Shown: positions 1 to 10,163 of the stretch, piece by piece | Layout: each line of letters begins with the position of its first letter | How positions within the stretch are numbered: the first letter of the stretch is position 1 | NCBI GenBank assembly: GCA_963768675.1 | Contig: CAVYIV010000016.1 | Span: 152,150 to 216,149, forward strand | Length of the DNA: 64,000 nucleotides | Source: an uncultured Chloroflexia bacterium | GTDB lineage: Bacteria; Chloroflexota; Limnocylindria; Limnocylindrales; CSP1-4 | Direction: 5' to 3' | Translations under genes and position numbers: made by a program | The notes under the pieces: generated by a model | What the model was told of the DNA's origin: nothing | Seen by the model: only the letters and a program-made list of their open reading frames with translations | The model's database searches: none

Positions 1-1
1 C

Positions 2-880
2 GGCTTCAAGGCCGGCCTCTTCAACATCGGCGCTCAGGGCCAGTTCCTCATCGGGGCCCTCGCCGCGGTCTTCGTCGGCGTCATCGTCTCGACCCAGCCG
101 CCGCTCATCGCGATCCCCCTGGCCCTGGTGGCAGGCATCATCGGCGGAGCCATCTGGGGCTTCATCCCGGGGATCCTGAAGGCAGTCACGGGCGCCCACG
201 AGGTCGTGACCACGATCATGCTGAACTACGTCGCCATCGGGACGGTGGCGGCGCTGGTCAGCGGCCCGCTGAAGATCCCGACCTCCGTCTCGCCCGTGAC
301 GTTCGACGTCGGAAACGCCGCTTTCCCGATCATCATCGGGAAGACCGGTCACCTCGGGATCGTCCTTGCGCTCCTGTGCGTCGTGCTCCTCTGGTGGGTC
401 CTCTACCGGACCACCTGGGGATTCGAGGTGCGCGCAGTCGGCGCCAACTCCAGCGCGTCCCGGTATGCGGGAATGCGCCCGCGGGTGATCACCGCGCTCA
501 CGATGACGGCCTGTGGCGCGCTTGCGGGCATGGCCGGCGTCTCCGTCCTACTCGGGGTCACCCACTCGATGTCGTCGGCCTTCGGGACGACTGTCGGCTT
601 CGACTCGATCTCGGTTGCCCTCCTCGCCCGCTCCGACCCGATCGCGATCGTCTTCACCGCGCTCCTGTTCGGGGCGATGCGCGCCGGCGCCGGTCTGATG
701 CAGATCCAGGCCCAGATCCCCGCCGAGCTCGTCGACGTCCTCCAGGGGACAATCCTGCTGTTCCTGATCATGGGACCGGTCCTCCGGCGCCTCTTCAGGC
801 TGCGGTCGGCGACCACCGACATCGGCGGCGCCCGGACGGCCATCGCGGGTACCTCGGCCGGCGGGACAGGGGCACTGTGA
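2..880 (+). CDS. ABC transporter permease (BMP/nucleoside-simple sugar type), 5' end outside window
   Basis: The frame of ORF 128..880 stays open back to the window edge (GFKAGLFNIGAQGQFLIGAL...). Polytopic hydrophobic sequence of YufP/RnsC-like permeases. Stop TGA 878-880 overlaps ATG 880-882 of the next permease. Confidence 0.8.
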   Translation, partial: GFKAGLFNIGAQGQFLIGALAAVFVGVIVSTQPPLIAIPLALVAGIIGGAIWGFIPGILKAVTGAHEVVTTIMLNYVAIGTVAALVSGPLKIPTSVSPVTFDVGNAAFPIIIGKTGHLGIVLALLCVVLLWWVLYRTTWGFEVRAVGANSSASRYAGMRPRVITALTMTACGALAGMAGVSVLLGVTHSMSSAFGTTVGFDSISVALLARSDPIAIVFTALLFGAMRAGAGLMQIQAQIPAELVDVLQGTILLFLIMGPVLRRLFRLRSATTDIGGARTAIAGTSAGGTGAL

Positions 881-1956
881 TGGACACCTTGATCAACGCG
901 ATCTACGCGATCCCCATCCTCGGACTGGTCGCCCAGCTCGTTGGCTACCTGGTCGCCGTGCTTCCGCCGGTCGCGCCGATCATCCTCCGCCAGGCGACGC
1001 CGCTCGCGCTCGGAGCGATGTGCGGTGTCGTCTCGGAGCGCTCCGGCGTCGTGAACATCGGGATCGAGGGCACGATGCTCGCGAGCGCGTTCACGGGCTG
1101 GATCGTCGGCGTGGCCCTCGCCCCGATCCTTCCGTCCATCGCCACGCCGCTGTTCGGCATCACGCTCCCACTCCTCATCGCGCTCGCCGCCGCGCTTCTC
1201 GTCGCCCTCCTGATCTCCCTCCTGCATGCCTGGCTGTCGATCTCGCTCCGGGCCGACCAGATCATCAGCGGCACCATCATCAACATCGCGGCAGCCGGCG
1301 TGACCGGCTACCTGAACACGCTGATCTCGAAGCAGTCGCCCACGAGCGGCGGCTCGTTCACCCAGTTCAACCCCCCGACCCAGCTCACGAACCTCCCCGG
1401 CGTCGGCTGGCTGTTCGCGATGTTCCTCAACCAGGGTCCGATCACCATGTCGGTGATCGTCCTGGTCATCGGGCTCCAGATATGGCTCTTCCGGTCACGC
1501 TGGGGTCTCCGGACGCGCGCCGCCGGCGAGCACCCCAAGGCCGCCGAGACCGTCGGGATCGATGTCATCCGGCTCCGCTACCGCAACGTCATGATCGGCG
1601 GCCTCTTCGCCGGTCTCGCGGGTGCCTACCTGAGCATGGAGGCCACGAACTCGTTCCAGCAGAACATGTCGGCCGGGCGCGGGTTCATCGCCCTCGCCGC
1701 CATGATCGTGGGGCGCTGGACGCCGATCGGCGCATTCGGTGCCGCGCTCCTGTTCGCCTCGTTCCAGGCGCTCGGCCAGACGATCAACTTTGCCCCGCCG
1801 TCGGGCCAGCTGGGCGACATCATGACCGCGGTCCCGGCCCAGTTCTACGACGCGCTGCCCTACATCGTCACGATCGTCGTCCTCGCCGGCGTCGTCGGGC
1901 GGAGCATCGCTCCGGCGGCCGACGGCCAGCCGTACGAGCGCGAGTCGGCGACCTAG
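880..1956 (+). CDS. ABC transporter permease (BMP/nucleoside-simple sugar type)
   Basis: MDTLINAIYAIPILG... start is coupled to the upstream stop. SERSGVVNIGIEGTML and a multi-TM profile are typical of YufQ/RnsD-like permeases. The upstream 168 codons of ORF 376..1956 overlap the previous gene and are not coding. Confidence 0.85.
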   Translation: MDTLINAIYAIPILGLVAQLVGYLVAVLPPVAPIILRQATPLALGAMCGVVSERSGVVNIGIEGTMLASAFTGWIVGVALAPILPSIATPLFGITLPLLIALAAALLVALLISLLHAWLSISLRADQIISGTIINIAAAGVTGYLNTLISKQSPTSGGSFTQFNPPTQLTNLPGVGWLFAMFLNQGPITMSVIVLVIGLQIWLFRSRWGLRTRAAGEHPKAAETVGIDVIRLRYRNVMIGGLFAGLAGAYLSMEATNSFQQNMSAGRGFIALAAMIVGRWTPIGAFGAALLFASFQALGQTINFAPPSGQLGDIMTAVPAQFYDALPYIVTIVVLAGVVGRSIAPAADGQPYERESAT

Positions 1957-2024
1957 GCAGCTGGTCCGGGCGTGACCACGCGAGGGCTCGCGAGCGCCGA
2001 ACCGGCGCCGGGAGGGCCGCCGGC

Positions 2025-3254
2025 ATGAGCGACGCCGTCGCGCCCTCCGAACTCGGGTACCAGCCTGCCGACCCGGCCTTCATCGCGGACCCGTACCCGG
2101 TCCTGGAGAAGCTCCGGGAAGAGCACCCCGTGATCTACGACGCGGCCACGAACCAGTGGCTGGTCTCGCGCTTCGCGGACGTGAGCGCGCTGCTCCGCGA
2201 CCGCCGCCTGGGCCGCTCGTACGTCCACGTCGCGACCCACGAAGAGTTCGGACGGCGGCCGCCGCCGGCGTGGCAGGCGCCGTTCGAGGCCAGCCAGCGA
2301 CTGCAGCTGATCGACATGGAGCCGCCCGACCACACGCGGCTGCGGCGCCTCATCTCGACCGCCTTCACCCCGCGCACGGTGGAGGGGCTGCGCCCTCGGG
2401 TGATGGAGATCGTGGACGGACTGGTCTCGGCCGCGCTCGAGCGAAGCGAGTTTGACCTCCTGGCCGACCTGATCGAGCTGCTCCCGGTGGCCGTGATCGC
2501 CGAGCTGCTGGGGATCCCGGAGCCCGACCGTCCCCGCCTGCGCCCGTGGTCGGCCGACATGACGCTGATGTTCGAGCTCACCCGCAGCGAGGCCGATGAG
2601 CGCCGGGCCGTCCAGGCGACCGTCGAGTTCACCGACTACCTTCGAGGGCTGGTCCGCGAGCGACGGGCCCGGCCGCGGTCGGACCTGCTAAGTGCGCTGG
2701 CCCAGGTCGTCGAGACCGGCGATCGGCTCACCGAGGACGAGCTGATCGCGACCGCGATCCTCCTCCTCAACGCCGGCCACGAGGCATCGGTCAACGGGGC
2801 GGCGAACGCGTGGTGGACGCTCTTCCGACACCCCGAGGCGCTCGCGGCACTGAGGGCCGACCCCACCATCGTGCCGACCGCCGTGGAGGAGCTGCTCCGC
2901 TTCGACACCCCGGCGCCGATGTTCGAGCGGTGGGTGCTGGAGGAGGTCGTCGTGCAGGGGGTCAGGATCCCGCGCGGCCAGGAGCTCGCACTCCTTTTTG
3001 CCTCCGCGAACCGGGACCCGGCCCAGTTCGCCGACCCGGACGGCCTCGTGCTGGACCGCAGCCCGAACCCGCACCTGTCGTTCGGCGCCGGGATCCACTT
3101 CTGCCTCGGAGCGCCCCTCGCCCGACTCGAGCTCGGGATCCTGTTCAAGTCGATCCTGGAGCGCATGCCGACCCTGGAGCTGGTCACCGAGCCGGCCTGG
3201 AAGCCCCGCTTCGTGCTGCGCGGCCTCCAGGCTCTCCCCGTTCGCGTCGCTTGA
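2025..3254 (+). CDS. cytochrome P450
   Basis: Heme-thiolate loop FGAGIHFCLGAPLA (FxxGxHxCxG), EELLRF (ExxR) and I-helix-like LLLNAGHEAS. Start MSDAVAPSELGY at ATG 2025 inside the long ORF 1020..3254. Confidence 0.9.
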   Translation: MSDAVAPSELGYQPADPAFIADPYPVLEKLREEHPVIYDAATNQWLVSRFADVSALLRDRRLGRSYVHVATHEEFGRRPPPAWQAPFEASQRLQLIDMEPPDHTRLRRLISTAFTPRTVEGLRPRVMEIVDGLVSAALERSEFDLLADLIELLPVAVIAELLGIPEPDRPRLRPWSADMTLMFELTRSEADERRAVQATVEFTDYLRGLVRERRARPRSDLLSALAQVVETGDRLTEDELIATAILLLNAGHEASVNGAANAWWTLFRHPEALAALRADPTIVPTAVEELLRFDTPAPMFERWVLEEVVVQGVRIPRGQELALLFASANRDPAQFADPDGLVLDRSPNPHLSFGAGIHFCLGAPLARLELGILFKSILERMPTLELVTEPAWKPRFVLRGLQALPVRVA

Positions 3255-3257
3255 GGG

Positions 3258-4421
3258 TCAGCCTCGCAGCGGGTAGCGCCCGTACTCCATGGCGGCGTCC
3301 ACCATGGCGAGGATGTTCTCCGGCGGCACCTCGTCCATGATCGTGTGGACCGCCGCGAGGAGGTAGCCGCCGCCGGGCGCCAGCGTCTCGATCACGCGCC
3401 GGACCTCGGCGCGCACGTCCGCCGGCGTGCCGTAGGGCAGGACGCGCTTCGTGTCGATCGCGCCGCAGAAGCTGAGATGCGCGCCGTGGCGGCGCTTGAG
3501 GGCGGCGATGTCGGCCATCCGCCCCGAAGAGGTCTGGATTGGATTCAGGACGTCCACCCCGATCTCGACGAAGTCGTCGACGAGGTCCGTCACGTCGCCG
3601 TCCGTGTGGAAGAAGACGCGCGCCTTCGTGTGTGCCCGGATGAAGGCGATGTACTCGGCGTGGATCGGCTTGAGGATCCGGCGGTACATCGCCGGCGACA
3701 TCAGGAGCGATTCCTCGGTTCCGAGGTCGTCGCCGATCTTGATGATGTCGACGTCGTCGCCGAGCTCCCGCAGGAAGTGGCCCATCAGCTGCGTGCATAG
3801 CCCCGCGATGCGTCGCAGGAGCGCCTCGGCGAACTCGGGCTCGAGGGCGAGGTTGCCCAGGAACGTCTCCATGCCCTGCATTGCGAAGGCCCGCTCCAAG
3901 GGGAACAGCAGCCAGGGCGTTGCCATGACGGCGTAGCGGTCATCGGCGGCCAGCCGGGCCGCCTCGGCCCGGACGTGCGCCACGCGCGACGGGTCGTCCA
4001 TGTCGGGCCACGGGTAGGCCTCGATGGCGTCGAGCGCCTCCGCCTCCCGCAGCGGGTGCACGCCCGGATACCAGTGGCCCTCGTCCACCTCCACCTGGCC
4101 GCTCCCCCAGTCGTCGATGCAGGGAGCGTGCGGCGGACGCTCCCGGTTGCGCAGCTGCGTCGCCGCGGGGATCGCGTCGAACACTGGCCGCACGTCCGTG
4201 CCGAGCCGCTCCAGGACGGCTTCGCTCGGGTTCGCGGTGCCGAGCTCCGGCCAGTCGTAGATGTAGCGCTCCTCGACAGGAAGCCCCAAGAGGTTCGCAA
4301 GGCCGCGGTACGGCCGCATCTTCATGCCCGTCGCGTTGCTGGCGCCCACCACGATCGGCACCCGGTCGGGCTCGGCGTGGTCGAGGGCAGTTCGGACGCG
4401 GTCGCGAGGCGTAAGAGACAC
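3258..4421 (-). CDS. uroporphyrinogen decarboxylase (URO-D / MtaA-CmuA methyltransferase) family protein
   Basis: 387-aa intact ORF. The C-terminal half (FFHTDGDVTDLVDDFVEIGVDVLNPIQ...GGYLLAAVHTIMDEVPPENI) has the URO-D fold signature shared with methylcobamide methyltransferases. Confidence 0.8.
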   Translation of the reverse strand: MSLTPRDRVRTALDHAEPDRVPIVVGASNATGMKMRPYRGLANLLGLPVEERYIYDWPELGTANPSEAVLERLGTDVRPVFDAIPAATQLRNRERPPHAPCIDDWGSGQVEVDEGHWYPGVHPLREAEALDAIEAYPWPDMDDPSRVAHVRAEAARLAADDRYAVMATPWLLFPLERAFAMQGMETFLGNLALEPEFAEALLRRIAGLCTQLMGHFLRELGDDVDIIKIGDDLGTEESLLMSPAMYRRILKPIHAEYIAFIRAHTKARVFFHTDGDVTDLVDDFVEIGVDVLNPIQTSSGRMADIAALKRRHGAHLSFCGAIDTKRVLPYGTPADVRAEVRRVIETLAPGGGYLLAAVHTIMDEVPPENILAMVDAAMEYGRYPLRG

Positions 4422-4570
4422 GGTGGAGGACCTCCGTTTGTGGTGGAGTCTTGGTCGGGATGGTCCGGACGTGTGCGACGATTGAAGACAGGACCCGGCG
4501 CCAGTATGCCCCGCCCGCGCGAGCCGGCGCGCTCGACGGGTGCCGGCGCCCGTCGTGGCATCATCGCCGG

Positions 4571-5053
4571 ATGGATGCGGCCGAGCGGGTGCGACTCGCG
4601 GGGATTCTCGACCTTCAGGAGGGCCGCGTTCGCGTGCCGCTCCTCGACGACGCCGGGATCCGCGAGCTTCTGCGGTCTGCCCGGCGCATCGCGGTGATTG
4701 GGGCGTCCGACGGGCCGGGCCGCCCGTCCGGCGACGTCTTCGCCTCGCTCCTACGGGCGGGCTACGACGCCGTCCCGGTCACGCCGAACGCCGCGACGGT
4801 CCGCGGCCGGGCGGCGTTTCCGGACCTCGCTACGGCAGTCGCGGCGACCGGCAACTTCGACATCGTGGACGTGTTCCGGCGCGCGGAGAGCTGCCCCGCG
4901 CACGCGCGGGAGGCCGTCGCGGCTGGGGCGCGTGTCCTGTGGCTCCAGCTGGGAATCGTCAGCTGGGATGCGGCCGAGATCGCCCACGCCGGCGGCCTGG
5001 CAGTGGTGATGGACCGCTGCATCTCCGTGGAACTGCGCAGGCTCCTGCGCTGA
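4571..5053 (+). CDS. CoA-binding domain protein (YccU/YneT-like)
   Basis: RIAVIGASDGPGRPSGDVF...FDIVDVFRRAE...VLWLQLGI is the CoA-binding Rossmann pattern. Start chosen at MDAAERV (ATG 4571); upstream in-frame starts at 4451/4460 are possible. Confidence 0.7.
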   Translation: MDAAERVRLAGILDLQEGRVRVPLLDDAGIRELLRSARRIAVIGASDGPGRPSGDVFASLLRAGYDAVPVTPNAATVRGRAAFPDLATAVAATGNFDIVDVFRRAESCPAHAREAVAAGARVLWLQLGIVSWDAAEIAHAGGLAVVMDRCISVELRRLLR

Positions 5054-5117
5054 GAGCGGCGCCTCCAGCGGGACGGCAGCTCGGCCCCGACGTCGCGCGG
5101 CGGGTTTGCCTCCGTCC

Positions 5118-5396
5118 CTACCGCACGAGGAAGCCAACGAGCACGAGCACCACCCCGGCGGCCGCCACGATCAGCGCTTCCCGGACCCGTGCGCGAAGGA
5201 CCGCCTTCATGACGTCGGCTCCGGTCGTGTCGCCGGCCGACCCGGCGGGACCGCCGCGCCAGGCGCGATACCGCTCCGCGTTGGCTTCCCGCGCGCGCAG
5301 CGCCTGGTAGCGGCTCCAAGGCCCCCGTGCCCGCGACAGCCCGAGCGCGACGAGCACCAAACCGACCACGACGAGGACCAGGGCGAGCGCGCTCAT
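5118..5396 (-). CDS. hypothetical small membrane protein
   Basis: 92-aa ORF with hydrophobic N- and C-terminal helices (ALALVLVVVGLVLVALGL / LIVAAAGVVLVLVGFLV). Its start overlaps the gatB stop, consistent with co-transcription. Confidence 0.45.
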   Translation of the reverse strand: MSALALVLVVVGLVLVALGLSRARGPWSRYQALRAREANAERYRAWRGGPAGSAGDTTGADVMKAVLRARVREALIVAAAGVVLVLVGFLVR

Positions 5397-6907
5397 CCGG
5401 GCCTCCCGGCCGGATCGCCCAGGCGCTCGCGGAGGGCGGACTGGACGCGCGCGGCGTTGGCCTGGCCGCGGGTCGCCTTCATGACCTGTCCCACCAGGAA
5501 CCCGGCCGCCTGCGCCTTCCCGGCCCGGTAGTCGGCGACGGCAGCCGGGTTGGCCGCGAGCACGCCATCGATGATCCTCGCGAGCGTGCCGACATCGGAG
5601 ATCTGGGCGAAGGCGCGCTCGGCGATCAGCTCGGCCGCCGGCCGGCCGGACGCGAGGTGGAGCGCCACGACCTCCTTCGCGTTCGCCCGCGACAGGCGGC
5701 CGGCGACGACCTCGCGAAGGACGTGTACGAGCGACGGCGCGTCCGCCCGGCCGACCAGCCCGGCCGCCGTTCGCTCCGCCGTCTCCTTGGCCGCGCGGCC
5801 GTAGTCGCCGCTCACGAAGTTGGCCAGCTCCTTGGCCGGCAGGTCCGGCGCCCCTGCGCGGAGCGCCTCGAATGCGGCGGTCATCGACTCGTCCGCCACG
5901 ATCATCGCCGCGTCATAGGGCGAGAGGCCCAGGGCGGCGACATAGCGGGCGCGTCGCGCGGCGGGCAGCTCGGGGAGCGCCGCGCGGATGGCCGCGAGCC
6001 ACGCTGCATCTAGGTGGAGCGGCGGGAGGTCCGGCTCGGGGAAGTAGCGATAGTCGTCCGAGGACTCCTTCACCCGCATGAGGTACGTGGTGCCCGTCCC
6101 ATCGTCCCAGCCCCGCGTCTCCTGGCGGAGGGTCTCCCCCGCCTCGAGCGCAGCCGCCTGACGCCCGATCTCGTGGGAGATCGCCCGCTCCACGGCCCGG
6201 AACGAGTTCATGTTCTTGACCTCGGTCCTGATCCCGAACGGCTCCGTGCCGCGCGCACGCAGCGAGACGTTCGCCTCCACCCGCATCTGGCCGTTCTCCA
6301 TCTCCGCGTCGGAGACGCCGATCGCGCGGAGCAGGAGCCGGAGCTCCTCCGCGTAGCGGCGGGCCTGCTCGGCCGTCCGGATCTCGGGCTCGGTGACGAT
6401 CTCCATGAGCGGGATGCTGGAGCGGTTGAAGTCGACCAGGCTCTGGCGACTCCCGCCGGGTTCGGTTGCGTGGACCAGCTTGGCCGTGTCCTCCTCGAGG
6501 TGGGCCCGGGTGATCCCGATCGTGACCGGTCCCTCGGACGTGTCGAAGGTGAGCGACCCGCGGGAGGCGAGCGGCAGGTCGTACTGGCTGATCTGGTAGC
6601 CCTTCGGGAGGTCCGGGTAGAAGTAGTTCTTGCGATCCCAGCGCGTGGTCGGGGGCGCCGTCGCGCCGATCGCCGCCCCGGTCGCCAGGACGTGCTCGAC
6701 GGCTCGCCGGTTGATCGTCGGCAGCGTGCCCGGCAGCCCCAGGCAGACGGGGCAGACGTGCGTATTCGGCGGCGCGTCCGGCGGCGGCACCGCGCAGGCG
6801 CAGAACATCTTGCTCGCGGTCCGGACCTGGCAGTGAACCTCGATCCCGATCACGGCCTCCCAGCGGTCGAGCGGACGCGTGGCGGGGGCGGCCTGTGGCG
6901 AGGTCAT
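5393..6907 (-). CDS. gatB: Asp-tRNA(Asn)/Glu-tRNA(Gln) amidotransferase subunit B
   Basis: Intact 504-aa ORF. WEAVIGIEVHCQVRTASKMFCAC, NVSLR, YFPEPDLPPL and a C-terminal YqeY-like tail are typical GatB blocks. Confidence 0.95.
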   Translation of the reverse strand: MTSPQAAPATRPLDRWEAVIGIEVHCQVRTASKMFCACAVPPPDAPPNTHVCPVCLGLPGTLPTINRRAVEHVLATGAAIGATAPPTTRWDRKNYFYPDLPKGYQISQYDLPLASRGSLTFDTSEGPVTIGITRAHLEEDTAKLVHATEPGGSRQSLVDFNRSSIPLMEIVTEPEIRTAEQARRYAEELRLLLRAIGVSDAEMENGQMRVEANVSLRARGTEPFGIRTEVKNMNSFRAVERAISHEIGRQAAALEAGETLRQETRGWDDGTGTTYLMRVKESSDDYRYFPEPDLPPLHLDAAWLAAIRAALPELPAARRARYVAALGLSPYDAAMIVADESMTAAFEALRAGAPDLPAKELANFVSGDYGRAAKETAERTAAGLVGRADAPSLVHVLREVVAGRLSRANAKEVVALHLASGRPAAELIAERAFAQISDVGTLARIIDGVLAANPAAVADYRAGKAQAAGFLVGQVMKATRGQANAARVQSALRERLGDPAGRPG

Positions 6908-7167
6908 GCGGATACCGCGAGGCCGGCGGAGACGAGGTAGAGGCCGTACATCGCGGCGACCAGCCAGAGGATCGAAGCCGCCAAGGGCCGGACGAACCGG
7001 TGCACCCGCGACCGCACGAGGATGGGCCGTCTTGCATCAATTCCCTCACGGGTCGGGTCTCCCACCCTGGCGAGCGAACTCAGCGCGCACCGCGCGTTCG
7101 CCCAGCCGCGCCACGTGGCAAGGATCGCCGTCGCGAGGCCGCACGCAGTGAGGGTCACGCCAAGCAT
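6904..7167 (-). CDS. hypothetical small membrane protein
   Basis: MLGVTLTACGLATAILATW...LWLVAAMYGLYLVSAGL, 87 aa with two hydrophobic helices. Its stop overlaps the gatB start. Only the 3' part of ORF 6904..7887 is used; the 5' part of that ORF is a fragment of the neighbouring ABC ATPase. Confidence 0.4.
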   Translation of the reverse strand: MLGVTLTACGLATAILATWRGWANARCALSSLARVGDPTREGIDARRPILVRSRVHRFVRPLAASILWLVAAMYGLYLVSAGLAVSA

Positions 7168-7231
7168 GGAACCCAGTTTCGCATAGGGCCGAGTCGGCCG
7201 CCTCTGGCCTTCGCGCGCGCGGACGACTCGG

Positions 7232-8220
7232 TCAGCCCTCGGACGTGGGCCGCCCCCCGCAGGTGCCATCCGCGTTGGGCTGGACGCAGCCGACGAAATG
7301 TCCCTCTTCGATCTCGGCAAGCCCCGAGCCGCCGGCTGGACTCGCCGCTTCTTCCTCCAGGAGCGCCCCGTGGTAGCGGCATGGCTCGCCGGGGGCCGGG
7401 GCCCATCCGGACCCACTTCGCACCTCGTCCGCAGTGCGGTCCCACTTCTGGTGCAGCTGTGGGACCGACGCGATGCAGCATCCGGGTGTAGGGGTGGGGA
7501 GGCTGCCCAAAGACGGCGGGCGTCGCCCCCATCTCGACGATCCGGCCACGGCGCAGGATGACCGTTCGCTGGCTGATGTAGTTGCCGAGCGACAGGTCGT
7601 GGGTGATGAACAGGATCCCGAGGCCCGCGGGCTTTGAGGTCGCCGAGGAGGTTGAGCACGTCGATCCGCGTGGAGGCGTCGAGCATGCTGATGATCTCGT
7701 CGGCGACGAGGAGCTTGATGTCGAGCAGCAGCGCGCGGGCGATCAGCAGGCGCTGGAGCTGGCCGCCGCTGAGCTGGTGCGGGTACTTGTCGAGCACCTG
7801 GCCTGGGTTCAGGCCGACGGCCTGGAGCGAGGACCTCGAGCTGGTCGCTCCACTCCGCACGCCGACAGGCCGGGAAGTACACGTCACGGATCATGGCGAA
7901 GACGCGGTCGGCCTTGAAGATCGGGTTGTAGGAGCTGAACGGGTCCTGGAAGACACCCTGCACGTGCCGGTAGTACGTCCGTAGCGCCGGCCTAGGTCGG
8001 CGATGTCGGGCCGTCGAAGCGTGATCGTGCCCGCTCGTGACCGATGTCAGGCGCAGGATCATCTCGCCCGATCGTCGTCTTGCCGCTGCCGCTCTCCCCG
8101 ATGAGCGAGACGACCTCGCCCGGCATCGACGTCGAAGCTGACGTCGCGCACGGCCGGCAGACCGTGCCGCCGAAGGTGCCCGACCTTGTAGACCTTGGAG
8201 ACATGGTCGAGCGTCAGCAT
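7232..8220 (-). pseudogene. oligopeptide/oligosaccharide ABC transporter ATP-binding protein (OppF/DppF-like), multiply frameshifted
   Basis: Recognisable blocks are scattered over all three minus frames: MLTLDHVSKVYKV, GEVVSLIGESGSGKTTIGR (Walker A), YYRHVQGVFQDPFSSYNPIF, LSGGQLQRLLIARALLLDIKLLVADE (signature/Walker B), FGQPPHPYTRML and IASVPQLH...EIEEGHFVGC at the C-terminus. Confidence 0.75.
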
Positions 8221-9198
8221 CGGCCGGTCCCACGGATCCGCCCCGGCTTCCAGCAGGCCACGAAGTGGTCGCGTTCGATCTCCACGAACGGCGGCTCCTC
8301 GTCGGCAGTGCTCGAAGGCGAGGGGACAGCGGTCCTGGAAGCGGCATCCCGCCGGCGGGTCGAGGAGCGACGGCGGGCTGCCCGGGATGCCGGCCAGCCG
8401 CCTGTCCGCGTACCGGACACCGACCTCGGGCAGCGACGAGATCAGCAGCCGCGTGTAGGGGTGCGCGGGCGCGCTGATGATCGCGTCGGTCGGCGGCCTT
8501 CTCGGCGAGCTTGCCGGCGTACATCACGGGGATCGTGTCGGCGATCTGGGCAGGATCGACAGGTCGTGCGTGATCACGATCATGCTCTTGACGAGCCGCG
8601 GTCCCGGAACTCGACGAGCATCTCCGCGACGGCCTTCTGGCGTGGAGACGTCGAGCGCCGAGGTGATCTCGTCGGCGATCAGCAGCGACGGGTTCGAGCA
8701 GCGTGGAGATCACCATCACCATGCGCTGCTTCATGCCGCCCGAGAGCTCGATCGGGTACCGGTCGAGGACGTCCTGCGGCAGCCCGACGAGCTCCAGGCG
8801 GCGCTCGAACTCCGGCGACGCATCGCCGCGCGATCCACCTCCTCGACTCCAGCAGGTCGGCCGATCATCCTGCCGATCTTGCGGGTGGGGTTCATGGCGC
8901 TCATGGCGTACTGCGGGATGATCGAGACGTGCCTTGAACCGGAACTCGTTCATCGCGTCCGAGTCCCAGATCGGCAGCTGCGTCGCCGTCGAGGATCACG
9001 TCGCCCGCCGACGTACCGCATGCGGCTGTCGAAGAGGGTCAGGCTCTTGCCGAGCGTGGACTTGCCGCAGCCGGACTCGCCGGCCAGGCCCATGATCTCG
9101 CCGTCGGCGAGCGTGAACGACACGCCGTCGAGCGCCTTGACGTCGCCCGCCCAGCGTGCGGTAGTAGACGCGTCAGGTCCGTCGACCTGCAGGCTCAT
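8214..9198 (-). pseudogene. oligopeptide/oligosaccharide ABC transporter ATP-binding protein (OppD/DppD-like), multiply frameshifted
   Basis: MSLQVDG...[31 protein letters not shown] (Walker A), ELSGGMKQRMVMVISTLLEP (signature), IADTIPVMYAGKLAEKA and EEPPFVEIERDHFVACW lie in different frames. Confidence 0.75.
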
Positions 9199-9202
9199 CG
9201 AC

Positions 9203-10163
9203 TCACAGCTCCCGCAGCTTGGGGTTGAAGATCTCGTCGAGGCCGACGTTCATGACGTACAGCGCCCCGACGATGGCCGTGATCGCAAGCCCGGGCGGGA
9301 TGAACCACCACCAGAGCCTGCAGCTGCAGAGCGCTCCAGAGCACGGCGTTGTTCATCATCAGTCCCGAGGGAGATCGCCGTCCGGTCGGGCCGAGGCCGA
9401 TGAAGTCGAGGGTCGCGGCGATCAGGATCGCCCCGCCGAAGAGCAGGATGAAGGTCATGAACAGGTAGGAGCCCATGTTCGGGGCGATCTCCTGGAAGAT
9501 GATCTTCCAGCTCGCTCAGCCCGCTCAGGCGCGCTAGGTCGACGAACTCCCGGGATCGCAGCGAGAAGGTCTGGGCGCGGACGCCCGCGCGGCCCACGGC
9601 CAGGAGGTCAGCCCGATGAAGGCGGCCTCCACGACCACCCCGCGCGCCTTGAGGTAGGCAGCGATGACGACGCAGGACAGCGAGGGTCGGGATGACCAGG
9701 ACGACGTTCGTGATCATGTTCAGGATCTCGTCCACGATCCCGCCCCGGTAGCCGGCGACGAACCCGATGCTGATGCCGACGAGGGCCGCGAGGCCTCCGC
9801 CGAGCAGACCCGACGAGGAACGTGGCCTGCAGGCCGTTGACGAACTGGGCGAAGACGTCCTGTCCGAACGTGGTCGTGCCGAACCAGTAGTCGGCGCTGG
9901 GGGGCTGCCCCGTGGGGCCCGACGAAGGCCTGCGGATCGTTCGGGTCGACGATCGGCCCGACGATCGCGAGGGCAAGAAGAACAGGACGATCCCCGCGCC
10001 GATGAGGATCCGCTTGTCGCGCAGCGCGAAGTAGAGGATCTCGCGCCGTTGGCGCACTGGGGCCGCCCCGGGGAACGCCGTGGTCCCCGACATTGGCACG
10101 GGCTCCCGAACTTCCAGGGGCCCGCCGGCCGGGCCGGCCGGGAGAACGTCGCTGTGCGCTCAT
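9203..10163 (-). pseudogene. ABC transporter permease (OppC/DppC-like), multiply frameshifted
   Basis: Fragments [118 protein letters not shown] and [18 protein letters not shown]-stop lie in alternating frames. ATG 10163 overlaps the upstream stop (ATGA). Confidence 0.7.
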